Source of the DNA: a virus
Taxonomy: Duplodnaviria > Caudoviricetes
Reading direction: 5' to 3' (one strand)
Length of the DNA stretch: 34,585 nucleotides
IMG/VR virus record: IMGVR_UViG_3300020042_002196
Location: 1 to 34,585 of that record
In this document: positions 8,413 through 17,033 of the stretch, piece after piece
How positions within the stretch are numbered: the first letter of the stretch is position 1
How the letters are laid out: every line of letters starts with the position of its first letter
Translations under genes and position numbers: made by a program
Notes under the pieces: generated by a model
The model's input: the letters and a program-made list of their open reading frames with translations, nothing else
Told to the model about the DNA's origin: nothing
The model's database searches: none

Positions 8413-9294
8413 ATGGCAACACCTCTTTTTGACGCTATCGTAGCTAAGGTAAGAGACTGGTCTAATAAACCTGAAGTACAAACTATTCCCGACAGCGTCA
8501 TTTATGATTGCCTATCTTATTCTGCTGACGAATGTTATCGACAATTAAGAATTCCTCCTTTAGAAACTACAGTAACTTATACAGTTACCTCAGATGATAA
8601 TGCGGGAGAAAATAATTTAGGCTTACAATTTGGTACTGCTTTTACTTCTTTTTATATGCCTGAAGATTTAACTGAGTTTATCTTTTTAAGAAGTATTGCT
8701 GAAGAAGGTATAAGTACAATAGTATTTAATGAAATTACTGATAAACGAACTTTCTTTGATCCTTACGGAGAGAAATACTCAAGATACAATTGGATGTGGA
8801 TGGACAATAAAATATTTGTTCACCCACAATTAGCTGTAGGAGATGAACTACAAATACATTACTATCGTAGACTTCCAGCACTAGACGCCCTCTATAGCGT
8901 AATACCTGTTAACTATACTATTGGTTTGTCTGATGCTAATCAACCATATCTTACATTAGTAGCTTCTGCTGGAACTAATTTATTCTTTTCTACTGCGGCA
9001 GGTGTAACAAAATGTTTTGCTACTTCTGCAGAAGCTGCAGCTTATAACGCAACAGTTACAACTAAAATGTATACTGGAAATGAAGTATCTAATTGGTTAA
9101 GAGATAATAATGAACGTTTAGTATTATGGGGTGCTCTTAAAGAATTAGGTGCATACCTCTTTGATCAAACAATGGAACAACGCTATGAAAAGCGTTTTGT
9201 TGAAACAATAGTTTCACTTAATAAAGAAGAAAAATGGCGTAGAGCTTCAGGTGGTAACGTCCAAATTAACGTTAATACAAGTGGTTTGATCTAA
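8413..9294 (+). CDS. Head-tail adaptor / tail tubular protein A-like (SU10 adaptor-like; 293 aa)
   Basis: N-terminal helices (VRDWSN...YRQLRIP), FYMPEDL, YYRRLPAL and SNWL...VLWGALKE...YL match the adaptor pattern. Position agrees. Confidence 0.75.
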   Translation: MATPLFDAIVAKVRDWSNKPEVQTIPDSVIYDCLSYSADECYRQLRIPPLETTVTYTVTSDDNAGENNLGLQFGTAFTSFYMPEDLTEFIFLRSIAEEGISTIVFNEITDKRTFFDPYGEKYSRYNWMWMDNKIFVHPQLAVGDELQIHYYRRLPALDALYSVIPVNYTIGLSDANQPYLTLVASAGTNLFFSTAAGVTKCFATSAEAAAYNATVTTKMYTGNEVSNWLRDNNERLVLWGALKELGAYLFDQTMEQRYEKRFVETIVSLNKEEKWRRASGGNVQINVNTSGLI

Positions 9295-9303
9295 GGAGAC
9301 AAC

Positions 9304-11490
9304 ATGGCATACACACAAACCCCAGGAGCAACTGGGAGTCTTGCATCTGGAGGTGAATACGATAATGTAGATACTGCTGGTTCGGTAAGTTATTCTAATC
9401 TTTCTGCTGGATCTGCAGCTGCTTCAGCTCTTAGTGCTGCGGCTGCTTTAGCTTCTCAAACTGCTGCTGCCGCAAGTGCCACAAGTGCTTCTAATAGTGC
9501 TACAAGTGCTACTGCCAGTGCTTCAACTGCAACTACCCAAGCATCTAATGCTTCTACATCAGCAACTAACGCGGCAACAAGTGCTAGCAGCGCATCAGCA
9601 TCTGCAGCTACTGCAACTACGCAAGCATCTAATGCTTCTGCTAGTGCGTCAGCGGCATCAACCTCTGCAACTAATGCGGCATCAAGTGCATCAGCAGCAT
9701 CAACATCTGCGTCTAATGCTTCTTCAAGTGCTTCAGCGGCTTCTAGCTCAGCAACGTCTGCAAGTAACTCTGCTACAACAGCAACTACACAAGCAACTAG
9801 TGCAACTAATAGCGCAACAGCGGCAGGAACTTCTGCTACAAATGCGGCTAACAGTGCTACTTCTGCTAACACGTCTGCTACTAATGCTTCTGCAAGTGCA
9901 TCAGCTGCAAGCACATCTGCCTCAGCTGCTTCTACAAGTGAAACTAATGCGGCTACATCTGCTTCAACTGCAACAACTCAAGCGGGTATAGCTACTACAC
10001 AAGCTACAAATGCGTCTACTTCAGCCTCGTCTGCTAGTGCATCTGCATCTACCGCAACAACTCAAGCATCTAATGCTTCTACAAGCGCATCTAATGCAGC
10101 TACTAGTGCAACAAATGCAGCTAATAGCGCAACACTAGCGGCTAGTTATACACCAAGTCAAACAGGTAATTCTGGTAAGTTTTTAACTACTAACGGTACA
10201 GCAACCTCTTGGGCAAGTATAGTTGGAGCTTTAAGCTATCAAGGTAGTTGGAATGCATCAACTAACTCACCAACACTCACTTCTAGTGTAGGTTCTAATG
10301 GATACTATTATGTAGTCTCTGTGTCAGGTTCAACTAACTTAGATGGCATTACTGATTGGGTAATTGGTGACTGGGTAATATTTAACGGTGCAACTTGGCA
10401 AAAGATTGACCAGACTAACTTAGTTACATCAGTAGCTGGTCGTACAGGTGCTATCACTTTAGCTAATACTGATATTAGCGGCCTTGGTACAATGTCTACT
10501 CAAGCAGCTAGCAGTGTAGCTATTACTGGTGGTTCAATTACAGGCATAACTGACTTAGCCGTAACTGATGGTGGTACAGGAGCTTCTACAGCTCAAGGCG
10601 CTATTAATACATTAGCTGGAGCTGTTACGAGTGGAAGCTACTTAAGAGGCAACGGCACTAATGTGGTAATGAATACCATACAAACAGCTGATGTACCAAC
10701 ACTTAACCAAAATACAACTGGTAGTGCTGCAACATTAACAACGGGTCGTACTGTTGGGATTACTGGTGATATAACTTACACAAGCCCTTCTTTTGATGGT
10801 TCGGCTAACGTAACTGCAGCTAGTACTTTAGCAACAGTAAATACTAACGTAGGTTCTTTTACTAATGCAAACGTTACAGTTAACGCTAAAGGTTTAGTTA
10901 CAGCTGCTTCTAATGGAACTAGTGCAGTAACTTCTGTTACTGGAACTTCTCCAGTAGTTTCTAGTGGTGGTACAACTCCAGCAATTAGTTTAGCTACAGA
11001 CTATGGTGACACATTAAACCCATACGCTTCTAAAACAGCTAACTATATTCTTGCGGCACCTAATGGAGCATCAGGAGCACCTACGTTTAGAGCTATAGTT
11101 GCAGCAGATATACCAACATTAAATCAAAACACAACGGGTACTGCCGCAAACATTACAGGATCTAGTAATAGTACATTAACTACATTAAGCTCTTTAAGTT
11201 TGCCATATGGCCAATTGTCTGGTACTGTTCCTACATGGAATCAAAATACTACAGGCACAGCCGCTAACGTAACTGGTATTGTAGCAATTGCTAATGGTGG
11301 GACTAATGGAACAACTACTCCTACAGCTGGAGCCGTTGCTTATGGAACTGGAACTGCTTATAGTTTTACCAGCGCAGGTACCTCAGGTCAAGTATTAACT
11401 TCTGATGGCTCATCTATCCCCACTTGGACAACTATAGCAGCAAGTGATCCAGCAGGTACAGCTGTTGCAATGGCAATTGCCCTCGGTTAA
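9304..11490 (+). CDS. Long tail fibre with Ser/Ala/Thr coiled-coil shaft (728 aa)
   Basis: About 250 aa of TATTQASNASTSA-type repeats, then QTGNSGKFLTTNG, a YQGSWNAS...GDWVIFNG..WQKID domain, VTSVAGRTG, three PT(L/W)NQNTTG repeats and a C-terminal AVAMAIALG. Confidence 0.88.
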   Translation: MAYTQTPGATGSLASGGEYDNVDTAGSVSYSNLSAGSAAASALSAAAALASQTAAAASATSASNSATSATASASTATTQASNASTSATNAATSASSASASAATATTQASNASASASAASTSATNAASSASAASTSASNASSSASAASSSATSASNSATTATTQATSATNSATAAGTSATNAANSATSANTSATNASASASAASTSASAASTSETNAATSASTATTQAGIATTQATNASTSASSASASASTATTQASNASTSASNAATSATNAANSATLAASYTPSQTGNSGKFLTTNGTATSWASIVGALSYQGSWNASTNSPTLTSSVGSNGYYYVVSVSGSTNLDGITDWVIGDWVIFNGATWQKIDQTNLVTSVAGRTGAITLANTDISGLGTMSTQAASSVAITGGSITGITDLAVTDGGTGASTAQGAINTLAGAVTSGSYLRGNGTNVVMNTIQTADVPTLNQNTTGSAATLTTGRTVGITGDITYTSPSFDGSANVTAASTLATVNTNVGSFTNANVTVNAKGLVTAASNGTSAVTSVTGTSPVVSSGGTTPAISLATDYGDTLNPYASKTANYILAAPNGASGAPTFRAIVAADIPTLNQNTTGTAANITGSSNSTLTTLSSLSLPYGQLSGTVPTWNQNTTGTAANVTGIVAIANGGTNGTTTPTAGAVAYGTGTAYSFTSAGTSGQVLTSDGSSIPTWTTIAASDPAGTAVAMAIALG
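9410..10145 (+). repeat. Low-complexity degenerate coding repeat (Ala/Ser/Thr)
   Basis: Recurrent ac(t/a)caagcatctaatgcttct-like units. Explains the overlapping spurious ORFs. Confidence 0.9.
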
Positions 11491-11503
11491 ATAAGGAAAA
11501 TAA

Positions 11504-11830
11504 ATGGCAAATACATTTACATCATACGCCAACAAGTCAGTAGGTACCTCAGCGGCATCTGTACTAACTGTGGGGGCATCAACACAAACAACGGTTATTG
11601 GCCTGTCATGCGCCAATATTATTTCTTCTCCTGTAACAGTAGATGCTTACTTTACACGTTCTGCTGTAGACTACTACATTGTTAAAAATGCCACAGTACC
11701 TGTAGGAGGTACATTGGTAGCAGTAGGTGGAGATCAAAAATTAGTATTGATTACAGGTGACGTTTTAAAAGTAGTATCTTCAGCTGCTTCATCGATTGAT
11801 GTAGTAGCCAGTGTATTGAATATAACCTAA
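11504..11830 (+). CDS. Small beta-sandwich fibre-associated protein, putative branching adaptor (108 aa)
   Basis: AAGGA SD, alternating beta-strand pattern (VPVGGTLV...KLVL..GDVLKV), directly after the fibre ending AMAIALG. Role is inferred. Confidence 0.7.
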   Translation: MANTFTSYANKSVGTSAASVLTVGASTQTTVIGLSCANIISSPVTVDAYFTRSAVDYYIVKNATVPVGGTLVAVGGDQKLVLITGDVLKVVSSAASSIDVVASVLNIT

Positions 11831-11840
11831 GGAGATTATA

Positions 11841-12935
11841 ATGTCTTATTTAGGAAATACTTTTGATAGTCAATCTTTTGTTTCTCAAACAGATTACTTC
11901 AGTGGTAATGCTTCAACTACTGCTTTCACATTATCCAGAACTGTAGCATCATCTACCCAGATTCAGGTGACTATTGAGAATGTACCACAGAATCCTAGTT
12001 CAGCGTACACTGTATCAGGAAACACTATTACGTTTACCAGTGCGCCTCCTACAGGTACCAACAATATATACGTCTATTATTTGTCTACACTTGTAAGTAA
12101 CGTTCCTTTGTATGTTGCTGGTTCAACTGGTCAAATACAATACAACAATGCTGGTACATTAGCTGCTTCGTCTAATCTTTCTTTTGATGGAAGTACACTT
12201 GCAGTTACTGGCCCAACCACCATCTTAAAAAATGGCGGCACAGGAGCTACTGCTGGTTTAATGCTTAATGGGGGTGGAGCATCTACAACTTTTAACATAG
12301 ACTTTGGAACTCCAGTTAGCAATAGACTCTGGATGCGGCAAGCATACTCTGATGGTGCGGGTACTATAAAGTTTCAGTATTCGTCTGACGGCACAATGGC
12401 ATCACCTATTGATGTTCTTACCGTAAATTGGGGCACGGGCATTGCTGTAACTGGACTTACTGACATTTCTGCGGCAACATCAGGACAGATTAAATTCCCC
12501 GCAACTCAAAACGCATCATCTAATGCAAACACGCTAGATGATTATGAGGAGGGGACTTGGACACCTGCAATGACGCAAAGCGGAGCAACATTTACTTATA
12601 GCTACCAAACTGGTCGATACACAAAAATAGGGAATGTTGTAACAATTATTGCAACATTAGGTTGGAGTGCTAAATCTGGTGGATCGGGCAATGTAGGATA
12701 TTCTGGATTGCCTTTTCCATCATTAAATGTTTCGGGTACATATCAGATGATTACCTGCGGAGAGTTTTCGGGATTTACTTTGCCTACTGGAGCTACCACA
12801 CTGGACGGAGAAATTTTAACCAACGCAACAACAGGCACATTCTATGGGTCTGGAAGCGCCGTTTCTCCAGCGGCTATAACAACTCTTGCTAGTGCTGGGC
12901 TACTTTTCTTGCAATGTACATATCTTTCAAATTAA
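11841..12935 (+). CDS. Fibre/receptor-binding protein 1 (364 aa)
   Basis: MSYLGN start, FSGNAST.AFT...APPTGTNNI domain, GQIQYNNAG linker and a C-terminal LDDYEEGTWTP...YTKIGNVV...GLPF head domain. Confidence 0.85.
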   Translation: MSYLGNTFDSQSFVSQTDYFSGNASTTAFTLSRTVASSTQIQVTIENVPQNPSSAYTVSGNTITFTSAPPTGTNNIYVYYLSTLVSNVPLYVAGSTGQIQYNNAGTLAASSNLSFDGSTLAVTGPTTILKNGGTGATAGLMLNGGGASTTFNIDFGTPVSNRLWMRQAYSDGAGTIKFQYSSDGTMASPIDVLTVNWGTGIAVTGLTDISAATSGQIKFPATQNASSNANTLDDYEEGTWTPAMTQSGATFTYSYQTGRYTKIGNVVTIIATLGWSAKSGGSGNVGYSGLPFPSLNVSGTYQMITCGEFSGFTLPTGATTLDGEILTNATTGTFYGSGSAVSPAAITTLASAGLLFLQCTYLSN

Positions 12936-12982
12936 CCCATAGTCAAACCAGAATAGTTTGATCAGACATAAAGGAACACATC

Positions 12983-13237
12983 ATGTCAATCACCAAATCA
13001 ACCATTGTTGACCAAATCACCGTGACCGAGAACGGCATTGTTCTATACCGTGAAGCCACTCGCATCATGGAAGACGGCAATCAACTCAGCGAAACCTATC
13101 ACCGTTCAAGTCTCACGCCGGGACAAGACTTGACGGGCGTACCCGCCAATGTCGTTGCAATCTGCAATGTGGCTTGGACTGCTGAAGTCATTGCGGCTTA
13201 TCAAACACAATTAGCTGAACAATCAACTCAACCTTAA
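12983..13237 (+). CDS. Putative fibre partner/assembly chaperone (84 aa)
   Basis: AAGGA SD. DQITVTENG..LYREAT...YHR...W motif, which I recall following DDYEEG-type fibres. Shares the C-rich codon usage of the RBP1 tip. Confidence 0.75.
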   Translation: MSITKSTIVDQITVTENGIVLYREATRIMEDGNQLSETYHRSSLTPGQDLTGVPANVVAICNVAWTAEVIAAYQTQLAEQSTQP

Positions 13238-13247
13238 TTAATTAAAT

Positions 13248-13385
13248 ATGGAATCGTTTACTTTATCAACCAACCTAATCAACGCCATTATGCAATATAT
13301 GGGTTCACAACCCTATGTGCAGGTAAGTCAATTAATCTCTGCTATTCAAAAAGAAATTCAAGATCAACAGAAGCCAAGTGAATAA
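13248..13385 (+). CDS. Small helical hypothetical protein (45 aa, MESFTLSTNLINAIMQYMGSQPYVQVSQLI...); not in the ORF track
   Basis: Hand translation; fills the gap. The L...PY..V..LI pattern is seen in small phage fibre-region proteins. Confidence 0.7.
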   Translation: MESFTLSTNLINAIMQYMGSQPYVQVSQLISAIQKEIQDQQKPSE

Positions 13386-13400
13386 CTACTAGGACATCCC

Positions 13401-13589
13401 ATGTTTACAAGTATCTTAAAATCAAAAACAGTGTGGTATGCTATATTGTTAGCAATTCTATCTGTGTTACAGGGTAGTTTAAATATTTTTAATTTAACAC
13501 CTTTATTTCAAATGTATGTAGGCATGGGCATTTCCGTTGGTATTGTCATCCTAAGAGTATTAACCACACAACCTTTATTGGAGAAATAA
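13401..13589 (+). CDS. Small two-TM membrane protein, holin-like (62 aa)
   Basis: KSKTVW followed by two hydrophobic segments and RVLTTQP. AGGA SD. TAATG overlap with the next gene. Confidence 0.7.
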   Translation: MFTSILKSKTVWYAILLAILSVLQGSLNIFNLTPLFQMYVGMGISVGIVILRVLTTQPLLEK

Positions 13590-15139
13590 TGCCTATCAGC
13601 ACAATATCATCAAATAGTTTAACTCCTTCAAGCGACATCTCAATCAATGGGGTATCTGTAGGGCTTGGAGCAGGTAATATAGCTACTAACACTGCTGTAG
13701 GAACAAGCACTTTAGCGGTAAATACTACAGGTAGTCAAAACGTTGCTGTAGGGTATCAAGCAGGTTATAGCAATACTACTGCTATCCGTAATACTGCTGT
13801 GGGGAATCAGGCACTTATAGCTAACACCGCCAGCTACAACACCGCAACTGGCTTTCGTTCTTTATATACAAATACTACAGGAAGCCAAAACACGGGTCAT
13901 GGTGTTTGGTCTTTGAATTTAAACACAACAGGTTCAAACAATACCGCAATCGGTATGTACGCAATGAATGGAAGTACGACTGGTTCAAACAATACCGCTG
14001 TTGGTCTTTCTGCGCTAGAAAGCAACACCACAGCAGGAAACAACACTGCTGTAGGTTATCAGGCGGGGTATAGCAATACGACCACTATAGGCATTACAGC
14101 AATTGGAACGGAGTCGCTGTATTCAAACACAACAGGCTATAACACTGCTGTAGGGTATAGGGCTTTATACACCAATACGACTGGCTCAGACAATGCGGCC
14201 TTTGGTGGAAGTGGCACTGTAGCCGCCGCATTGCGTTTTAACACCACAGGCTCATACAACACAGCCGTGGGTACTGGATCGCTCCAAGCCAACACCGTAG
14301 GCACAAACAACACTGCTGTAGGTTATCAGGCGGGCTACACAAATTCTACTTCTTCATACAACGTATTTATTGGTCAACGTGCTGGTTATACATTTAACTA
14401 CCCAGATAATACTTTTAACACTTTTGTTGGCGCACAAAGTGGATATTCCGCAACAACAGGAAGTGGAAACACATTTATAGGCGCTAGCGCTTCGGGGTAT
14501 GGTGCTGGCTACTCTATAACTACAGGTGCTAAAAACACCATCCTTGGCGGCTACACAGGCAACACAGCCTCCTTAGACATTCGCACAGCAAGCAACTATG
14601 TTGTACTATCTGATGGGGATGGGAGGATAGTATTTGTCGGCAATGGCTCCGCAACTAATAACAGATTTGTTCAATTCGATGGAACTTATTTTTTACCCGC
14701 CACTGATAATGTTATAGCGTTAGGAGCGCCATCATATAGATGGAGCGTTGTTTATGCTGCAACTGGGACAATTAATATATCAGATGCCAACGCAAAGCAA
14801 GACATTGCAAACCTTGATGATGCCGAAAAGCGTGTGGCAGTTGCAATCAAAGCACTCATCAAAAAATACCGATTCAAAGATGCCGTGGCTGAAAAAGGTG
14901 ATGTCGCCCGGATTCACATTGGCGCTATTGCTCAAGAAGTGCAAGCCGCTTTTGTTGCGGAGGGATTAGACGCTACTCGTTATGCGCTGTTCTGTTCTGA
15001 TACTTGGTATGAAGTTGACGGTAAAGCCAAAGGAAAAGACCTTGTGCAGTACACCGCAGAAACCGAGGGCGCAGTTGAAGTAACACGACTTGGCTTGCGC
15101 TACGATGAACTTTTGGCATTTGTAATTGCCGCAATGTAA
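13589..15139 (+). CDS. Fibre/RBP 2 with NTAVG beta-roll repeats and a C-terminal peptidase S74-type intramolecular chaperone (516 aa)
   Basis: More than 12 N(T)A(V/I)G repeats of ~17-18 aa (YadA-head-like). SDANAK...HIGAIAQEV...LRYDELL chaperone motifs. Confidence 0.88.
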   Translation: MPISTISSNSLTPSSDISINGVSVGLGAGNIATNTAVGTSTLAVNTTGSQNVAVGYQAGYSNTTAIRNTAVGNQALIANTASYNTATGFRSLYTNTTGSQNTGHGVWSLNLNTTGSNNTAIGMYAMNGSTTGSNNTAVGLSALESNTTAGNNTAVGYQAGYSNTTTIGITAIGTESLYSNTTGYNTAVGYRALYTNTTGSDNAAFGGSGTVAAALRFNTTGSYNTAVGTGSLQANTVGTNNTAVGYQAGYTNSTSSYNVFIGQRAGYTFNYPDNTFNTFVGAQSGYSATTGSGNTFIGASASGYGAGYSITTGAKNTILGGYTGNTASLDIRTASNYVVLSDGDGRIVFVGNGSATNNRFVQFDGTYFLPATDNVIALGAPSYRWSVVYAATGTINISDANAKQDIANLDDAEKRVAVAIKALIKKYRFKDAVAEKGDVARIHIGAIAQEVQAAFVAEGLDATRYALFCSDTWYEVDGKAKGKDLVQYTAETEGAVEVTRLGLRYDELLAFVIAAM

Positions 15140-15150
15140 GGAGCATAAAC

Positions 15151-15363
15151 ATGAATGAAATCACCGCAGAACAAATCGCCCAGCACTACAGTGCCGCAAT
15201 GGACTCAGTAAACCTCATCAATGCTGACAAGCCAGAAATGATGAGTGATGCTGATTGGGCAGATTGCTTGACCCGCAACAAAGAACATTTAAAAATTATG
15301 TTAACAAAAGACTTCTGGACAACTGAAGACTTAACACCGCTACAACAAGCGGCAGGAGACTAA
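15151..15363 (+). CDS. Small helical partner of RBP2 (70 aa)
   Basis: AAGGAG SD. IAQHYSAAMDSVNLI...RNKEHLKIM...W motif. Same codon style as the RBP2 tip. Confidence 0.75.
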   Translation: MNEITAEQIAQHYSAAMDSVNLINADKPEMMSDADWADCLTRNKEHLKIMLTKDFWTTEDLTPLQQAAGD

Positions 15364-15365
15364 CA

Positions 15366-17033
15366 ATGTCATATGTAGGTAATACACCACAATATGCTGC
15401 TTTCATTACTGATACTTTTAACGGTAATAACAGTACAGTAGCATTCACAATGTCAGTAGCCCCGGCTAACACAGCCTCTATTATTGTTGCAGTAACAGGT
15501 GTCCTTCAAGACCCCTCTACCTACTCAGTAAACGGTCTCACATTAACATTCTCCCAAGCACCTCCTACTGGTACAGGCAATATATCAGTACGTTACTTGG
15601 GTATTCCTGCTTCAGGTATCACTAACACAGCATATAGAACTATTACTGAGTTTACAGCTACATCAGGACAAACTACATTTGCAACCCCATCATACACTGT
15701 TGGTTATATTAATGTATATATCAACGGTGTAAGGATGGCATCGAGTGACTTTACGGCTACATCAGGAACTACTGTAGTTATGGCATCGCCAACTTTTTTA
15801 AATGACATTGTTGTTACAGAAAGCTTTTATGTAAGCTCTGTACTTAATGCGTTGTCTACTAATGGGGGTGTAATCAATGGTAGTTTAACTACTGCTGGTA
15901 CTGCAACGTTTAATAGCACTGTTACTCATTCAGCTGGTACCGCTAATGGTGTGGCTTATTTAAACGGCAGTAAGGCGCTGACCACGGGCAGTGCGTTGGT
16001 GTTTGATGGTAGCAATTTGGGATTGGGTGTTACGCCTAGTGCTTGGAGTATTGGCACGGCAATACAAGTAAAACGAGCGTCTTTCTACACATACGATAAT
16101 AGCGGCGTTGAAATAAGTCAAAACGCAGCAGTTATTAGCGGCGCATGGCAACGCATCGGCGCTGATTTTGCGACCAAATATGCTCAAGATACTGGAAAGC
16201 ATTATTGGTTTACAGCGCCAAGTAGCACCGCTGGCAGTGCTATTACTTGGACTCAAGCAATGACCCTTGATGCAAGCGGTAACTTGGGGTTGGGCACTAC
16301 TGCCCCGCAAAACAAACTACAAGTAAAAACAACAGTAAGGCCGCAGCTTTCTGTAAGTTATGACGGAACTACAGGTTTGTATCTTGAAGATTCAACTGCG
16401 TCTGTAGGTAAAAGTTGGAAAATTGCTACTTCTACGGCGGTGGCAAGCGCATTAGAGTTTTATCAATCAACTGCAACAAGCGGCGTTCCTGTTTGGGCGG
16501 CAACTGCGGCAATGACCCTTGATGCAAGCGGTAACTTGCTGGTGGGGACTACGACTAAAAATAACGATGGAAAAATATCAATTTCTGCAAGTTCAGCTTT
16601 AAATCAAGGCATGACCATCAGAGAAACAAGCACAACAAACGACATATATTACATACTATTTCAAAACTCAACTGGCGGTACTGCTGGAAGAATTGAGCAC
16701 ACAGGGGCAACTACTGTTAATTACACATCCGGTTCTGATGTACGTCTAAAAACAAACATTGTTGATGCTGGTTCTGCAAAAGAAAAAATTGAATCCATTA
16801 AAATTCGTGAGTTTGATTGGATAACTGGGGAGCATCAAAAATTTGGTGTTATTGCTCAAGAATTAATTGAAGTTGCACCAGAAGCTGTTTGTGCAGCAAG
16901 AACAGAAAATGATTATTGGGGCGTTGATTATTCAAAACTTGTTCCATCACTCATTAAGTATGTCCAAGAACAACAAGCCCTCATCACCCAATTACAAACC
17001 GATGTAGCCGCACTTAAAGGAGTACAAACATGA
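15366..17033 (+). CDS. Fibre/RBP 3 with two N-terminal beta domains and a C-terminal peptidase S74 chaperone (555 aa)
   Basis: MSYVGN start, FNGNNSTVAFT domain, FTATSGQTTF...YINGV domain, AMTLDASGNL twice, and SDVRLKTNI...GVIAQEL...VDYSKL plus coiled coil. Confidence 0.9.
   Translation: MSYVGNTPQYAAFITDTFNGNNSTVAFTMSVAPANTASIIVAVTGVLQDPSTYSVNGLTLTFSQAPPTGTGNISVRYLGIPASGITNTAYRTITEFTATSGQTTFATPSYTVGYINVYINGVRMASSDFTATSGTTVVMASPTFLNDIVVTESFYVSSVLNALSTNGGVINGSLTTAGTATFNSTVTHSAGTANGVAYLNGSKALTTGSALVFDGSNLGLGVTPSAWSIGTAIQVKRASFYTYDNSGVEISQNAAVISGAWQRIGADFATKYAQDTGKHYWFTAPSSTAGSAITWTQAMTLDASGNLGLGTTAPQNKLQVKTTVRPQLSVSYDGTTGLYLEDSTASVGKSWKIATSTAVASALEFYQSTATSGVPVWAATAAMTLDASGNLLVGTTTKNNDGKISISASSALNQGMTIRETSTTNDIYYILFQNSTGGTAGRIEHTGATTVNYTSGSDVRLKTNIVDAGSAKEKIESIKIREFDWITGEHQKFGVIAQELIEVAPEAVCAARTENDYWGVDYSKLVPSLIKYVQEQQALITQLQTDVAALKGVQT
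16257..16538 (+). repeat. Exact 30-bp direct repeat pair GCAATGACCCTTGATGCAAGCGGTAACTTG (16257-16286, 16509-16538)
   Basis: Read directly from the sequence. The offset is 252 bp (84 codons, in frame). Confidence 0.95.

Noticed and set aside
9456-9991. Long antisense (152 aa) and alternate-frame (171 aa) ORFs inside the fibre gene
   Set aside because: By-products of the GCN/TCN/ACN low-complexity repeat, which lacks stops in other frames. They have no SD and low-complexity products.
14038-16538. CRISPR-like 30-bp repeats
   Set aside because: Only two copies of each, spaced more than 200 bp apart, in frame within coding sequence, with no cas genes.
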